A stretch of 64,000 bases of DNA from Saprospirales bacterium (GTDB lineage Bacteria; Bacteroidota; Bacteroidia; Chitinophagales; Saprospiraceae): assembly GCA_007695035.1 (NCBI GenBank), contig REEO01000025.1, forward strand, positions 329-64,328, given 5' to 3'. The notes under the pieces are model-generated. The model searched no databases and was not told where the DNA came from. It saw only the letters and a program-made list of their open reading frames with translations. Shown in pieces: positions 30,557 to 40,812 of this stretch (within the stretch, counting starts at the first letter, position 1; each line of letters begins with the position of its first letter). Both the position numbers and the translations under genes were made by a program.

Positions 30557-31114
30557 ATGTTAATAGCTCTTTTGGTAATTGGTGGAATTGGTTTGCTTCT
30601 CATTATTATGGGGATCAATTACTACAATAGATTTATCCGCTTGAAAAACAAAGTGGAGGATAGTTGGAGTGGAATTGATGTCCAACTCAAGCGCCGGTAC
30701 GATCTCATTCCAAACCTCCTGGAAACTGTTAAGGGTTATGCCAAACACGAGAAAGAGATTTTTGATAATGTGGCCGATGCCCGCGCCAGAGCATTAAATG
30801 CCGGAGGAAAGGGAGAGAAAATCGCCGCGGAAAATCAATTGACCGGGGCGCTGAGGTCCGTTTTTGCCCTGGCGGAAAATTATCCCGACCTCAAGGCCAA
30901 TTCCAACTTTTTGAAATTTCAACAACAGTTGACCGGAATTGAAGATGAAATTCAGATGTCTCGCCGATACTACAATGCCACGGTTAGGGAATTCAATACC
31001 GGAATTGCCGTTTTCCCGGCCAATATTATCGCTGGAGCATTCAACTTCACTCCCTATCAGTTCTTTGAACTGGACGACCACTCTCAACGTGAGGCACCCA
31101 GTGTAAAATTTTAA
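30557..31114 (+). CDS. lemA: LemA family protein
   Basis: IDVQLKRRYDLIPNL, ENYPDLKAN, RRYYN. Confidence 0.95.
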   Translation: MLIALLVIGGIGLLLIIMGINYYNRFIRLKNKVEDSWSGIDVQLKRRYDLIPNLLETVKGYAKHEKEIFDNVADARARALNAGGKGEKIAAENQLTGALRSVFALAENYPDLKANSNFLKFQQQLTGIEDEIQMSRRYYNATVREFNTGIAVFPANIIAGAFNFTPYQFFELDDHSQREAPSVKF

Positions 31115-31123
31115 ACTATTACC

Positions 31124-34100
31124 ATGCATCGTAAATTAGGACTTCTTGTTGTTGTTGTAATCCTGCTCTTTGGGAATCTTGAACTCAAGGCAGAGGCATT
31201 TTACATCCGGAATTACGATGTACAAATTGAATTGAACAGGGACGGTTCATTCAATGTGGTGGAAACCATCGACCTCACTTTTACTGAGTCCCGTCGCGGT
31301 ATTCTTAGAGATATTCCGGTTCGTTATCGGGAAGAGGGTGGCAGAGGAGAAGACAGAGCGATCAGACCCATAGGTCCCGAACTCTATGAGATTGTGGTCG
31401 AAGACATCCGTGTGGATGAGCATCCCTTCACCTATTTTATGGAGGGTGATCATATGCGAATCAGAATTGGCGATCCTGATAAGCGACTCACAGGAGATCA
31501 GCGCTACACCATTTCCTACACGGTTTGGGGTGCGCTTAACGAATTCAGGGATCACGTGGAGTTCAGTTGGAATATCATTGGACATCACTGGAACACTGAC
31601 ATTCATAATGCCAGCTTTTCAATAGAGGCTGAGGAAGGGCTATCTTTTAATCAGAGAGATGTAGTTTACGCTACAGGAAGAATAGGTGCGAGGCAACGAG
31701 ATATGAATGTGAATGTGGAGCAGAACCGGATTTCCGGGGAGTTGACTCAACCGTTGGGTCGCTTTGAAGGCATCTCGCTGGCGACGCGCCACCCAAAAAA
31801 TCAATTTACTTCCATTCATACGCCCATAGATAAATTTGCCGATTACTTTATAGTGAGAGAGCACCGGTACTTTGCAGATATTGGCATCGGGGGCTTTTTT
31901 GAAGTTCGCGAATCTATGACCGTTGAATTTCTCGAGGGCCGAAGTTCGTTTTCCCGGATTGCTGGCAGAGCGTTTTCATCTCCACTGACCGGACTTACCA
32001 TTTTTCCCCTTCCACAAAATCTGAGAGTCGAAAGCAGCGATGAGCTGCTCGACTACGAATTGAGAAGGAGGGGAAACGAGACCTATATCCAGTTTTTCAG
32101 AACAGACCAATCCGATTTTTCTGACGAAGTGTCGGTTTCTTTAACCTACGACCTTTGGGGTGGTACGACAACGGACAATAATACAGATAAGGTGAGATTG
32201 ACGCCCTCGGGATTTTACCCCCGGGAACCCGTTGAAAATATCCTGGTGGAGTTGAATGCGCCCTTTACCGGTCGGGTGGCATCTACTTCAGGGAGGGTTT
32301 CCCTTCCCGATTTGTTTCAAAGAGCAGACGGTAGGCCGCTAATTGCAAATGCCTCCTATCCCTCATACCGCCTGGACTACCTGGCCATGGAAACCGGTTT
32401 GGAAAAAGGGTTTTACGACAAAGCACTGCAGCCACCTGGGCTTTTTGGTAAAGATTTTTTGGTAGACCGGATGCATATCCGCGCCGAAATGGATAATAGA
32501 CAGGGCGTGGAGCTCAATTATCAGTGGGCCGTAGAGCATCCCTTCCCCGGTACCGCATCCACATTTGAACCTCTGTTCCTGAATCGATACAGTTATAATC
32601 CGCAAGAATTCAACGGTCACCTGGGCATTCCATCATGGAATCTCATGGATGGTCGAATTGCACCAATGACAGAATTTTCCACCGGGAAGGGAGACTGGCA
32701 AAATAGAGTGTGGGGTAGTAGGCGAATACTCACAGCTCCGGAAGGTGTGCGGGCTGAGATGAACTGGAATCTGTCGGCCACTGTTTTTTACCGAGGTCTT
32801 TTCAGAAGTGAAAATGGCAGGTCGGTTGTGGAGGTGCCACTCGTCAGTAAAACCACCGAGCCGATTAGAAATATTGAGATTGAATTAATTCCACCGGATG
32901 GCTTTGACCACCTGGATATTTCAGCGGAGCTATTGATTGACCAAAATCAAAGCCTGTCACTCAATCTCAGGGAAGGAGTGCTCATAAGCGACCAGCCCAA
33001 TTTGGTAATTCCACCCGGGAGTTCAATGACATTGAAGGTTAGTGGGCAAGAGGGCTTTGCGGGTGATTTGCCCATAGGTTCTGCTCTCTACCTTATCTTC
33101 AGGAATAATTTCCCCATCTGGTGGCTTTTGTTGCTGGTGCTTGTCTTGTACTTGCTCTGGGACCGTTTTGGAAGAAACCGCAAAGAGGCCGTAGTAGTAG
33201 AGTTTTACCCACCTCAAAAAATCACTTCAGCAGAAGCGGGTCTTTTGTGGGATGACAAATTGCATAAAAAAGATCTGGTTTCTCTGATCTACTACTGGGC
33301 CGGAAAGGGTTATCTTGAGGTGGAAGAGATGCAGGAAAATAATAAGCTGAGTTATAAACTCCGGAAGAAAAAAGATCTTCCTCCAAGCGCGCGAGGTTTT
33401 GAAAGAACATTCTTTAATGGGATATTTTTCAAAGATGAGGTAAAACTCAGTGAGTTGAGGTCCCGTTTTTCCCGCACCATGTTGAGGGCATATAAAGAGC
33501 TGATGAATTACAGCAAGCAGCACGATTTTTATGTGCCCGGTTCAAGAGGCTTTGGTTGTGGATTGATTGGTCTCGGGATACTGTCCATGGTGGCTGGAAT
33601 TGCCGGCTTGGTGTTTGCCTTTTTTACGGGACATTGGTCCTGGGGTGTATCCCCGCTTTTGGCAGGTTTTGCACTGGTCTTTTTTGGTCGGATTATGCCG
33701 AAGAAAGGTCCTTTTGGCATGAAAAAATACCAAAAGCTGCTCGGTTTCCGGGAGTTTGTGCGCACGGCTGAAATTGACAGAATCAAGGCATTGTATCGCG
33801 AAAACCCCGGCTATTTTGACTCAACCATTGCCTACGCCATCGTATTTGGTCTCGGTAAGCAGTGGGCTGAGAAATTTGAGGGAATAATGACCGAGCCGCC
33901 GGACTGGTACAAGAGCAGGGACCGCAGATCTACTTTCAGTACCATCGTATTTACTGACGCCCTGGTCCGTAGTATGCACCGTATGAATTACGACCTCAGT
34001 ATGCCACCTCCATCAAGCAGTGGCAGTGGTTCTTCTTCCTGGTCGGGCGGAGGCGGCAGTGGCTTTGGAGGTGGTGGATTCTCCTCAGGTGGCGGCTTCG

Positions 34101-34126
34101 GAGGCGGAGGCGGTAGCAGTTGGTAA
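31124..34126 (+). CDS. DUF2207 membrane protein, unusually long
   Basis: RGILRDIP N-terminal domain, TM helices, YAIVFG, Gly/Ser tail ending GGGGSSW; follows lemA. Confidence 0.9.
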   Translation: MHRKLGLLVVVVILLFGNLELKAEAFYIRNYDVQIELNRDGSFNVVETIDLTFTESRRGILRDIPVRYREEGGRGEDRAIRPIGPELYEIVVEDIRVDEHPFTYFMEGDHMRIRIGDPDKRLTGDQRYTISYTVWGALNEFRDHVEFSWNIIGHHWNTDIHNASFSIEAEEGLSFNQRDVVYATGRIGARQRDMNVNVEQNRISGELTQPLGRFEGISLATRHPKNQFTSIHTPIDKFADYFIVREHRYFADIGIGGFFEVRESMTVEFLEGRSSFSRIAGRAFSSPLTGLTIFPLPQNLRVESSDELLDYELRRRGNETYIQFFRTDQSDFSDEVSVSLTYDLWGGTTTDNNTDKVRLTPSGFYPREPVENILVELNAPFTGRVASTSGRVSLPDLFQRADGRPLIANASYPSYRLDYLAMETGLEKGFYDKALQPPGLFGKDFLVDRMHIRAEMDNRQGVELNYQWAVEHPFPGTASTFEPLFLNRYSYNPQEFNGHLGIPSWNLMDGRIAPMTEFSTGKGDWQNRVWGSRRILTAPEGVRAEMNWNLSATVFYRGLFRSENGRSVVEVPLVSKTTEPIRNIEIELIPPDGFDHLDISAELLIDQNQSLSLNLREGVLISDQPNLVIPPGSSMTLKVSGQEGFAGDLPIGSALYLIFRNNFPIWWLLLLVLVLYLLWDRFGRNRKEAVVVEFYPPQKITSAEAGLLWDDKLHKKDLVSLIYYWAGKGYLEVEEMQENNKLSYKLRKKKDLPPSARGFERTFFNGIFFKDEVKLSELRSRFSRTMLRAYKELMNYSKQHDFYVPGSRGFGCGLIGLGILSMVAGIAGLVFAFFTGHWSWGVSPLLAGFALVFFGRIMPKKGPFGMKKYQKLLGFREFVRTAEIDRIKALYRENPGYFDSTIAYAIVFGLGKQWAEKFEGIMTEPPDWYKSRDRRSTFSTIVFTDALVRSMHRMNYDLSMPPPSSSGSGSSSWSGGGGSGFGGGGFSSGGGFGGGGGSSW

Positions 34127-34548
34127 TTGATTTGTGCCTACTGAATTATCTCCGGAAAATCAGCATGTCTCGCATCCCTGTAAACCGCGATTTGGACAAT
34201 GGGGAATTTCTCCTCAATTTCGAATAAGGAATTGGGGTGTTTTTGGCGAGAATTCTAATTTCTCGTAATGGATGAGGAATCCAGTGGTAATTCTTTGGCT
34301 GGGATTTTGGTTTCACCCCCTCCCCAAAGTATAGGGGACAAGAAAGCGTCGCCTGCCCCAAAGCTTTGGGGGGTAAACGAGGCAAAGGCCGCAAAGGGTT
34401 CAATTTTTGTTAGGGGCGTTTTATCAAAATATCCTCCAAAATCAACAATCCCTTCGAATAGATACACTGCCGGCCACATCGAGGTGACGTTTAAAAAACT
34501 ACAACTCACAGACTCACCAATTTACAATTGGGAAAAGTCATCAACCAT

Positions 34549-35265
34549 TCACGGCCAGGCCATGAAATAAAAGTCCAGCCGCTGGTAAAAGTGTTTTTTA
34601 AATGTTTGTTCATTCATAGGTTGGCGGCCTTTAAGGTAATCCCTCATCAGTCCTATTTTCATATTGAGCTCTCCGTGCAGCAGTTTGTACATCATGGTGG
34701 GAGTGACTCCGTAAATATCCGCAGCGCCCAGACCGAATTCAAAAACGATCACCGGTCGGTATTTTTCTATGGTTTTACGTGCTCCAGTCAGAACCCTGTA
34801 CTCTGCGCCCTCCACATCCATTTTGATGAAATCCACGGGGTGATCCTCAGGTAAAATCCTGTCCAGGGTATCAGTTTGCACCTTGATGGGTTCCACCTTT
34901 TCCGATGACCGATCGTACTTGCGGCGCAAAATCCCACTGTAGGCCGGGTTGCTCTTCACGTATTGAAAGGTTGTTTCTCCCGATGTATCCGAAAGACAGA
35001 TGTCAGTTACTGTGGCGGATTGACCGTATTTCTGCTTCAAATCATCAAACAGAGCAGGTAAGGGCTCGAAGGCAAAATGCTTTCCATCCGGGCAGGTTTT
35101 CAACACACTGTCCAAAAATTCCCCCTTGTGACATCCCACATCAATGCAGTTGGAGTCCGCCCTGGTGGATTTTTGCAAGACCTTCACCGTCTGTCGGTCA
35201 TAAGTGATGTTTTTGTTGATATTCAGCGGCACCTTCATCAGTGCCTGCCTGATTATTGACTTCAT
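34549..35265 (-). CDS. FkbM family methyltransferase
   Basis: IDVGCHKG, AFEP, FIKMDVEGAE. Confidence 0.9.
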   Translation of the reverse strand: MKSIIRQALMKVPLNINKNITYDRQTVKVLQKSTRADSNCIDVGCHKGEFLDSVLKTCPDGKHFAFEPLPALFDDLKQKYGQSATVTDICLSDTSGETTFQYVKSNPAYSGILRRKYDRSSEKVEPIKVQTDTLDRILPEDHPVDFIKMDVEGAEYRVLTGARKTIEKYRPVIVFEFGLGAADIYGVTPTMMYKLLHGELNMKIGLMRDYLKGRQPMNEQTFKKHFYQRLDFYFMAWP

Positions 35266-35543
35266 AAATCTCCCTGTTTCTGATTGTGTAAAGATATGAA
35301 AAGCTGTCAATAGCTCCCGCTGTGAGAGGGATTTTAGAGTGAGACTAGTGTCTCTAAGAAAAAGCACTGGAAATTATGAAAGAATTTAAGTTTTCCCCAT
35401 CAGATATATAAAAAAATGTTAAATTTGAGGCAAAAGTAGTGGTTTGTGGATGGCCTTTAACTGGTGTGAATGGCTGAGAGGTTTTCCGGAAAATAGATTT
35501 AATTAAATAATTCATAGTTTTTTACTCATTAAACATTTTTATT

Positions 35544-35792
35544 ATGGAAAATCCAATGACCAACCCGGAAGTGGTGAGTACCAAAGAGTGGTTAATTACC
35601 ATTCTGCTCATGATTATCCCCATTGTCAACATCGTGCTCTTATTTTTGTGGGCGCTGGGAGGAAACGCCAACCCCAATAAGGCCAATTGGGCCAAAGCCA
35701 CGCTGATTTGGTTTGCTATCACGATTGTCCTTTACGTGATTTTAGGGGTTACAGTTGGTGCTGCATTCTTTATGTTTGACGGAGGCATGTAA
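35544..35792 (+). CDS. small membrane protein
   Basis: EWLITILLMIIPIVNIVLLFLWA..NKANWAKA; TAAATTTG promoter at 35420. Confidence 0.82.
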   Translation: MENPMTNPEVVSTKEWLITILLMIIPIVNIVLLFLWALGGNANPNKANWAKATLIWFAITIVLYVILGVTVGAAFFMFDGGM

Positions 35793-36040
35793 ACTCTATC
35801 CGTATTCTTGTTTAAAGATTTTTTTCGAAAATCTTGATTATATTCTGTCGCTTGAATGTGGTGGGCCAGGGGTTATTTGGTGTGTGGCAATTGGAATGTA
35901 TATACCACAAATTCATTACAACTTTTATAAACCTTTCGCAGAAGTCCTGGACTGTTAGGTTTTCCTGACCAAAACCATATGGAGTTGGAAGTTCAGCGCC
36001 AATTCAGGTAAAAAGGTGAATTAAGATGGAAAAAATTATA

Positions 36041-36078
36041 AGTTCATTTTGTTCCGAACTAAAGATGCTTTAAATTTG
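36041..36078 (+). promoter_or_regulatory. promoter TTTG-N19-TAAATTTG overlapped by palindrome AGTTC-N10-GAACT
   Basis: tttg 36048-36051, taaatttg 36071-36078, palindrome 36041-36060. Confidence 0.65.
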
Positions 36079-36099
36079 CCTCTCAATTGAGAGTGACTT

Positions 36100-36585
36100 A
36101 TGGAAGAGAAGCGAATGACTTACATTCAGGAGGTAGGGTTGTTTTTTGATCGCCTTGGACTTACCCGCACTGCTGGCATGGTGCTTGGGTATTTGATGTC
36201 GGATAACCGTCAAGCAGTGAGTTTTCAAGAGATTAGAAGTGCTTTAGAGATCAGCAAAGGTGCCACCAGTCAGAATTTGAATTGGTTGATGGAGTTGCAA
36301 ATGGTTGAAAAGAGACTTAAGCGCGGGGACCGGAAGACCTACTACGCCTTTAAAATTCAGCCCATCGAGAATTTACTGGATGAGCGTATCAATTTGATTG
36401 GAGTCCTTTTGGACCTTTTTGAAAAAGCCCGTGGAATAAGGGGAAAACGCGAGGACAGTTCGGATGAAAACCTTCGCGATGCGATTCGCACTTACGGTTG
36501 GATTTCTGAAAGGCTTCAGGACCTGCGGGATGAAGCGATGGCCCAAAGAGAAAAGTCTGGAGAGAATAATGAATCTAAGGATTGA
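36100..36585 (+). CDS. GbsR/MarR family regulator
   Basis: GLTRTAGMVLGYL, ISKGATSQNL, GDRKTYY. Confidence 0.88.
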   Translation: MEEKRMTYIQEVGLFFDRLGLTRTAGMVLGYLMSDNRQAVSFQEIRSALEISKGATSQNLNWLMELQMVEKRLKRGDRKTYYAFKIQPIENLLDERINLIGVLLDLFEKARGIRGKREDSSDENLRDAIRTYGWISERLQDLRDEAMAQREKSGENNESKD

Positions 36586-36668
36586 TTTAGGCTGTACTCC
36601 TTTTAGAGTATTGAGAGGCGGATATAGAAAGTAAGTTCTGCCCCTTTAACCTGAAAAATTATTGGACT

Positions 36669-37415
36669 ATGAAGAAATTAATTTTCCTATCCATTTTTTG
36701 TTTGGGCATTCTGCCTGTGGTGGAATCCCAGGATTCGAGACAGATTCTCGAACGCATGGAAGATGTGATGCGAGGGGATAATCTCTATGCCGAGATGACC
36801 ATGACCATTGAACGCCCGAGGTACGAGCGCGAAATTTCCATAAGCTCATGGCACATTGGGAATGACTATTCTATGATTTTAGTTACGGCTCCTGCACGAG
36901 ATCGCGGCACATCATTTCTTATGCGCGAAAACAATATTTGGACCTACGATCCGCGAATAGATCGTGTAACCAGGCTTCCATCCTCAATGATGTCACAGTC
37001 CTGGATGGGTTCTGATTTTACCAACGATGACCTGGTGAGGGACTCGGATGTGATTGAAGATTACGAGCACCGGGTGGTTCGGACCGAAGTTTACGAGGGT
37101 TTAGATTGCTACGTGCTTGAATTAATTCCCAGGCCGGAAACCCCGATAGTTTGGGGGAAGGTGAAGATGTGGGTCGTCAAAGACAGTTATATCCAATTGC
37201 GGATGGAACAGTACGATCAGGAGGGCGAATTGGTAAATGAGATCAGACTAAGTGAAATCAAAACATTTGGGGACAGGGAGGTGCCTTCTAAAATGGTGGT
37301 AATACCGGTGGATAAAAAGGGCCACAAAACCATTTTGGAATACCGATTAATGGATTTTGATGCCGAAATAGAGGTGGATTTTTTTGACAGGCGAAATATG
37401 CAGCGTTTGCAGTGA
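36669..37415 (+). CDS. outer membrane lipoprotein-sorting (LolA-like) protein
   Basis: Signal peptide, APARDRGTSFL, SWMGSDFTNDDL. Confidence 0.85.
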   Translation: MKKLIFLSIFCLGILPVVESQDSRQILERMEDVMRGDNLYAEMTMTIERPRYEREISISSWHIGNDYSMILVTAPARDRGTSFLMRENNIWTYDPRIDRVTRLPSSMMSQSWMGSDFTNDDLVRDSDVIEDYEHRVVRTEVYEGLDCYVLELIPRPETPIVWGKVKMWVVKDSYIQLRMEQYDQEGELVNEIRLSEIKTFGDREVPSKMVVIPVDKKGHKTILEYRLMDFDAEIEVDFFDRRNMQRLQ

Positions 37416-37461
37416 TTTTGTCTCCGAAGCATATTGTAGAAATAAACAATAGGATTTTCAG

Positions 37462-38688
37462 ATGAAAACTTTATTTAAGCTCGCCTGGAGGAGCCTTTGG
37501 AGGAACAAAAGAAGAACCCTGATCACCATTTCTGCCCTGATATTTGCTGTGGTCGCCTCTGTTTTTATGCAATCAATCAACCGGGGGTCCCATGAAATGA
37601 TCGTGGATAACATGACCCGATTTCAGACAGGTTATCTGCAGATTCAGGATTATCGTTTTGAGAATGAGCCCTCATTGGACAATTCCTTTTATTTCGACCC
37701 GGAGCTCGAAGAGAAGCTGATCCAGCAGGATGATCGAATAACCTTCGTTTTGCCGAGAATTGAAACTTTCATGTTGGCTGCCGATGAGCAGACCACCAGG
37801 GGAGGTGTAGTTTTTGGGGTAGAATTAGAAAGGGAACACCAATTCAATGGGCTTAAGGACCGGCTTGTGGACGGTCGGTTTTTTGATGATAGTGAGCGCG
37901 GGGTCGTGTTGAGCCAGGGCTTTTCCGATCGCCTGGGATTGAATGTGAGCGATACCATTGCATTAATAGGACAGGGGAGATTCGGTATGTCTGCCAGTGG
38001 TCTTTTTGAAGTAGTAGGAATTATGGAGCATCCATTGCCCGATATGAACTCCAGAACCATTTACATGCCCCTGGAAACTGCCAGGGAGTTGCTTTCGGCC
38101 GATGGAAAAGTAACCTCGCTTTTGATCGGGATGGATAGCGACCGACACACAGATGCAGTTGCGGCTAATATTGGTGATTTTTTGGAGGGCAGTGAACTTC
38201 GGGTGTTGACCTGGACCGAATTGATTCCAGAGTTGCTCGAATTGCTGGAATTTGATTTGGTTGGAGCGTATCTGATGTCCTATATTCTTTACATAGTAAT
38301 TGCATTTGGATTTTTCGGTACCATTCTCACCATGACCCTGGAGCGAATTAAGGAATTTGGAATTTTGATATCTGTTGGAATGGCGCGATTAAAGCTCGCT
38401 TTTACCCTTTTTCTCGAGGTGTTTATCATTGGGTTGCTGGGGGTGATTGCAGGCGTTGGGTTTGCCTGGTTATTGCTCTACTATTTTTACCTTAATCCGA
38501 TTGAGCTGACCGGTGAATTGGCTGAAACTGTAATTGAAATGGGCTGGGCGCCTGTATTGCCTATGTCCTTCGCCCCGGACCAGTTTTACAGTCAGGCTAT
38601 AATCGTATTTTTAATAGCAATCTTTATTGCCATCTATCCCATGTACCGGGTTATTCGACTCGATGTCATCAGTGCCTCTCGCACCTGA
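37462..38688 (+). CDS. MacB/LolC-like ABC permease
   Basis: LAWRSLWRNKRR, ERIKEFGILISVG, 1+3 TM layout. Confidence 0.9.
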   Translation: MKTLFKLAWRSLWRNKRRTLITISALIFAVVASVFMQSINRGSHEMIVDNMTRFQTGYLQIQDYRFENEPSLDNSFYFDPELEEKLIQQDDRITFVLPRIETFMLAADEQTTRGGVVFGVELEREHQFNGLKDRLVDGRFFDDSERGVVLSQGFSDRLGLNVSDTIALIGQGRFGMSASGLFEVVGIMEHPLPDMNSRTIYMPLETARELLSADGKVTSLLIGMDSDRHTDAVAANIGDFLEGSELRVLTWTELIPELLELLEFDLVGAYLMSYILYIVIAFGFFGTILTMTLERIKEFGILISVGMARLKLAFTLFLEVFIIGLLGVIAGVGFAWLLLYYFYLNPIELTGELAETVIEMGWAPVLPMSFAPDQFYSQAIIVFLIAIFIAIYPMYRVIRLDVISASRT

Positions 38689-38803
38689 CCGATTAATGGA
38701 ATTTTAAGTGGGTTGAGGATTGAAGGGTTTGCCAAAAAAAGTAAAGGAAGGAGTGAATTGGTTTTGTCGATTGGCTCCGATCTATGATTGAAAATTTTTG
38801 CCA

Positions 38804-40024
38804 ATGAAAATACTTCTCAAAATTGCCTGGAGGAATATTTGGAGGAACAAGGGCCGCAGTGCTGCACTTTTAACCGCCATTGTAATAGGTTTGTGGGCTG
38901 GTGTTCTAACTGTTGGTCTTATGACTGGACTTTTGGACCAGCGCATTGACAATTTAATCGACTCCGAAATTGCCCATCTTCAGGTACATCATCCTGAATT
39001 CAGAGAAGAACACAGACCGGAAATGGTCCTTCCCGATGTAACTGAGTTGATCGAATGGTTGGATGACCATGAATCTGTACGGTCTTATACTGCACGATCA
39101 ATAGTTGAGGGCATGTTTCAGTCTCCTGTGAAAACCTCCGGAGTGAGAATCATGGGAGTGGACCCGGATAGGGAGCGCAAGACCACCACTTTTCACGAGA
39201 ATATCGTCAGTGGTGATTACGTGGACGTCGATATTAGGAATCCTGTCATTCTGGGGCTCGAGTTGGCAGAAGAACATAACATAGAAATAGGACACCGCAT
39301 TGTACTGACTTTTGAGCAATTAGATGGAGATCTGGCATCCGCTGCATTCAATGTCAGTGGGTTTTTCAGGTCGGGTTCTACCCAATACGACAGGGGCAAT
39401 GTGATTGTCAACTTAACGGATCTTCAGGCATTATTAAGTGAGGAACCCGTTTTTCACGAAATAGCCGTGGTGCTGCACGATATTGAGGAGGCAGAAAGTG
39501 CGGTGATGGCCATCAATGAGCAATTCGATGGATTGGTTGCACAAACCTGGGACCAACTCTCACCGGAATTAGGTACTTTGGTTCTTTTGGGTTCATTCAT
39601 GCTCTTTATCGTGACCATGGTCATTATGATCGCCCTCGCCTTTGGAATACTAAACACCATGTTGATGGCACTCTTCGAGCGGATTCGTGAAATTGGAATG
39701 CTTATCAGTATTGGAATGAGCCGAATAAGGGTCTTTTTTATGATCGTCCTGGAAGCAGTGATGCTCACCATTAGCGGGGCAGTCATTGGGATGGCATTGG
39801 CCTGGGGTACTATTTTGATACTGAATAGAGAGGGCGTGGATTTGGCAATTTTTGCCGGTGGTATCGAGGAAATTGGTTGGCCCACAGTTATTTACCCGGC
39901 CATTACCATGGGAGAATTTTTCTCTATTACCCTGGTGGTGATAACCATGACTTTGTTAGCTACCCTGTACCCGGCTTATAAGGCTTTTAGAGTCAATCCA
40001 ATGGAAGTAGAAAAGGATACCTGA
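38804..40024 (+). CDS. MacB/LolE-like ABC permease
   Basis: IAWRNIWRNKGR, ERIREIGML. Confidence 0.9.
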   Translation: MKILLKIAWRNIWRNKGRSAALLTAIVIGLWAGVLTVGLMTGLLDQRIDNLIDSEIAHLQVHHPEFREEHRPEMVLPDVTELIEWLDDHESVRSYTARSIVEGMFQSPVKTSGVRIMGVDPDRERKTTTFHENIVSGDYVDVDIRNPVILGLELAEEHNIEIGHRIVLTFEQLDGDLASAAFNVSGFFRSGSTQYDRGNVIVNLTDLQALLSEEPVFHEIAVVLHDIEEAESAVMAINEQFDGLVAQTWDQLSPELGTLVLLGSFMLFIVTMVIMIALAFGILNTMLMALFERIREIGMLISIGMSRIRVFFMIVLEAVMLTISGAVIGMALAWGTILILNREGVDLAIFAGGIEEIGWPTVIYPAITMGEFFSITLVVITMTLLATLYPAYKAFRVNPMEVEKDT

Positions 40025-40059
40025 TCATTAAAAATGTAACCAATAAAATTTCCTTAATT

Positions 40060-40773
40060 ATGGCTGTTATTAGAACGGAAAAAATATGCAAGGTGTACAA
40101 CCCGGATACCATACCGGTGCACGCATTGAAGGATGTATCAATTCAGGTCGAAAAGGGTGAATTTACCAGTTTGGTTGGGCCTTCGGGTTCTGGAAAAACT
40201 ACATTGCTCAATATGTTGGGAGCACTTGACATGCCCTCCTCCGGAAAATCATTCATAGGAGATGTTGAAGTTACCAGACTTTCAGACCGGGAGCGAATTA
40301 GATTTCGACTTCACAATATTGGCTTTGTGTTTCAGCACTACAATTTAATCCCTGTGTTTACCGCTCGCGAGAATGTGTCTTTTATCATGATGCTGCAGGG
40401 GGTTGGCCAGAGAGAATTGCTAGAGCGCGCCGATGAATTATTGGAAAGTGTGGGGCTCGGTGACCGAAAAGATGCCAGGCCACATGAGTTGTCGGGAGGG
40501 CAGCAACAGCGGGTAGCTGTGGCGAGAGCCCTCGCTTCAAAACCCAGGTTTATTCTCGCAGATGAACCAACGGCCAATCTTGACACCAAAGCCGCAATGA
40601 ATTTACTCGATATCATGGAGAAAATGAACGAAGAGCAAGAAGTCACCTTCATTTTTTCAACACATGATCAACGGGTCATCAAAAGGGCTCGCCGGGTGGT
40701 TACTCTGGTAGATGGTGCTGTACATTCCGATGAAACCACTGCTGTTGACAGTGCTGTGAAAGATAACCAATAA
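40060..40773 (+). CDS. LolD-like ABC ATPase
   Basis: [25 protein letters not shown]. Confidence 0.93.
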   Translation: MAVIRTEKICKVYNPDTIPVHALKDVSIQVEKGEFTSLVGPSGSGKTTLLNMLGALDMPSSGKSFIGDVEVTRLSDRERIRFRLHNIGFVFQHYNLIPVFTARENVSFIMMLQGVGQRELLERADELLESVGLGDRKDARPHELSGGQQQRVAVARALASKPRFILADEPTANLDTKAAMNLLDIMEKMNEEQEVTFIFSTHDQRVIKRARRVVTLVDGAVHSDETTAVDSAVKDNQ

Positions 40774-40812
40774 AGGGGGTACATAATTTTTTGTCCTTTG
40801 AAGATTTAAATC

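Noticed and set aside
34000..34126. GGC/GGT-rich low-complexity repeat
   Set aside because: Normal Gly/Ser tail of DUF2207 proteins.
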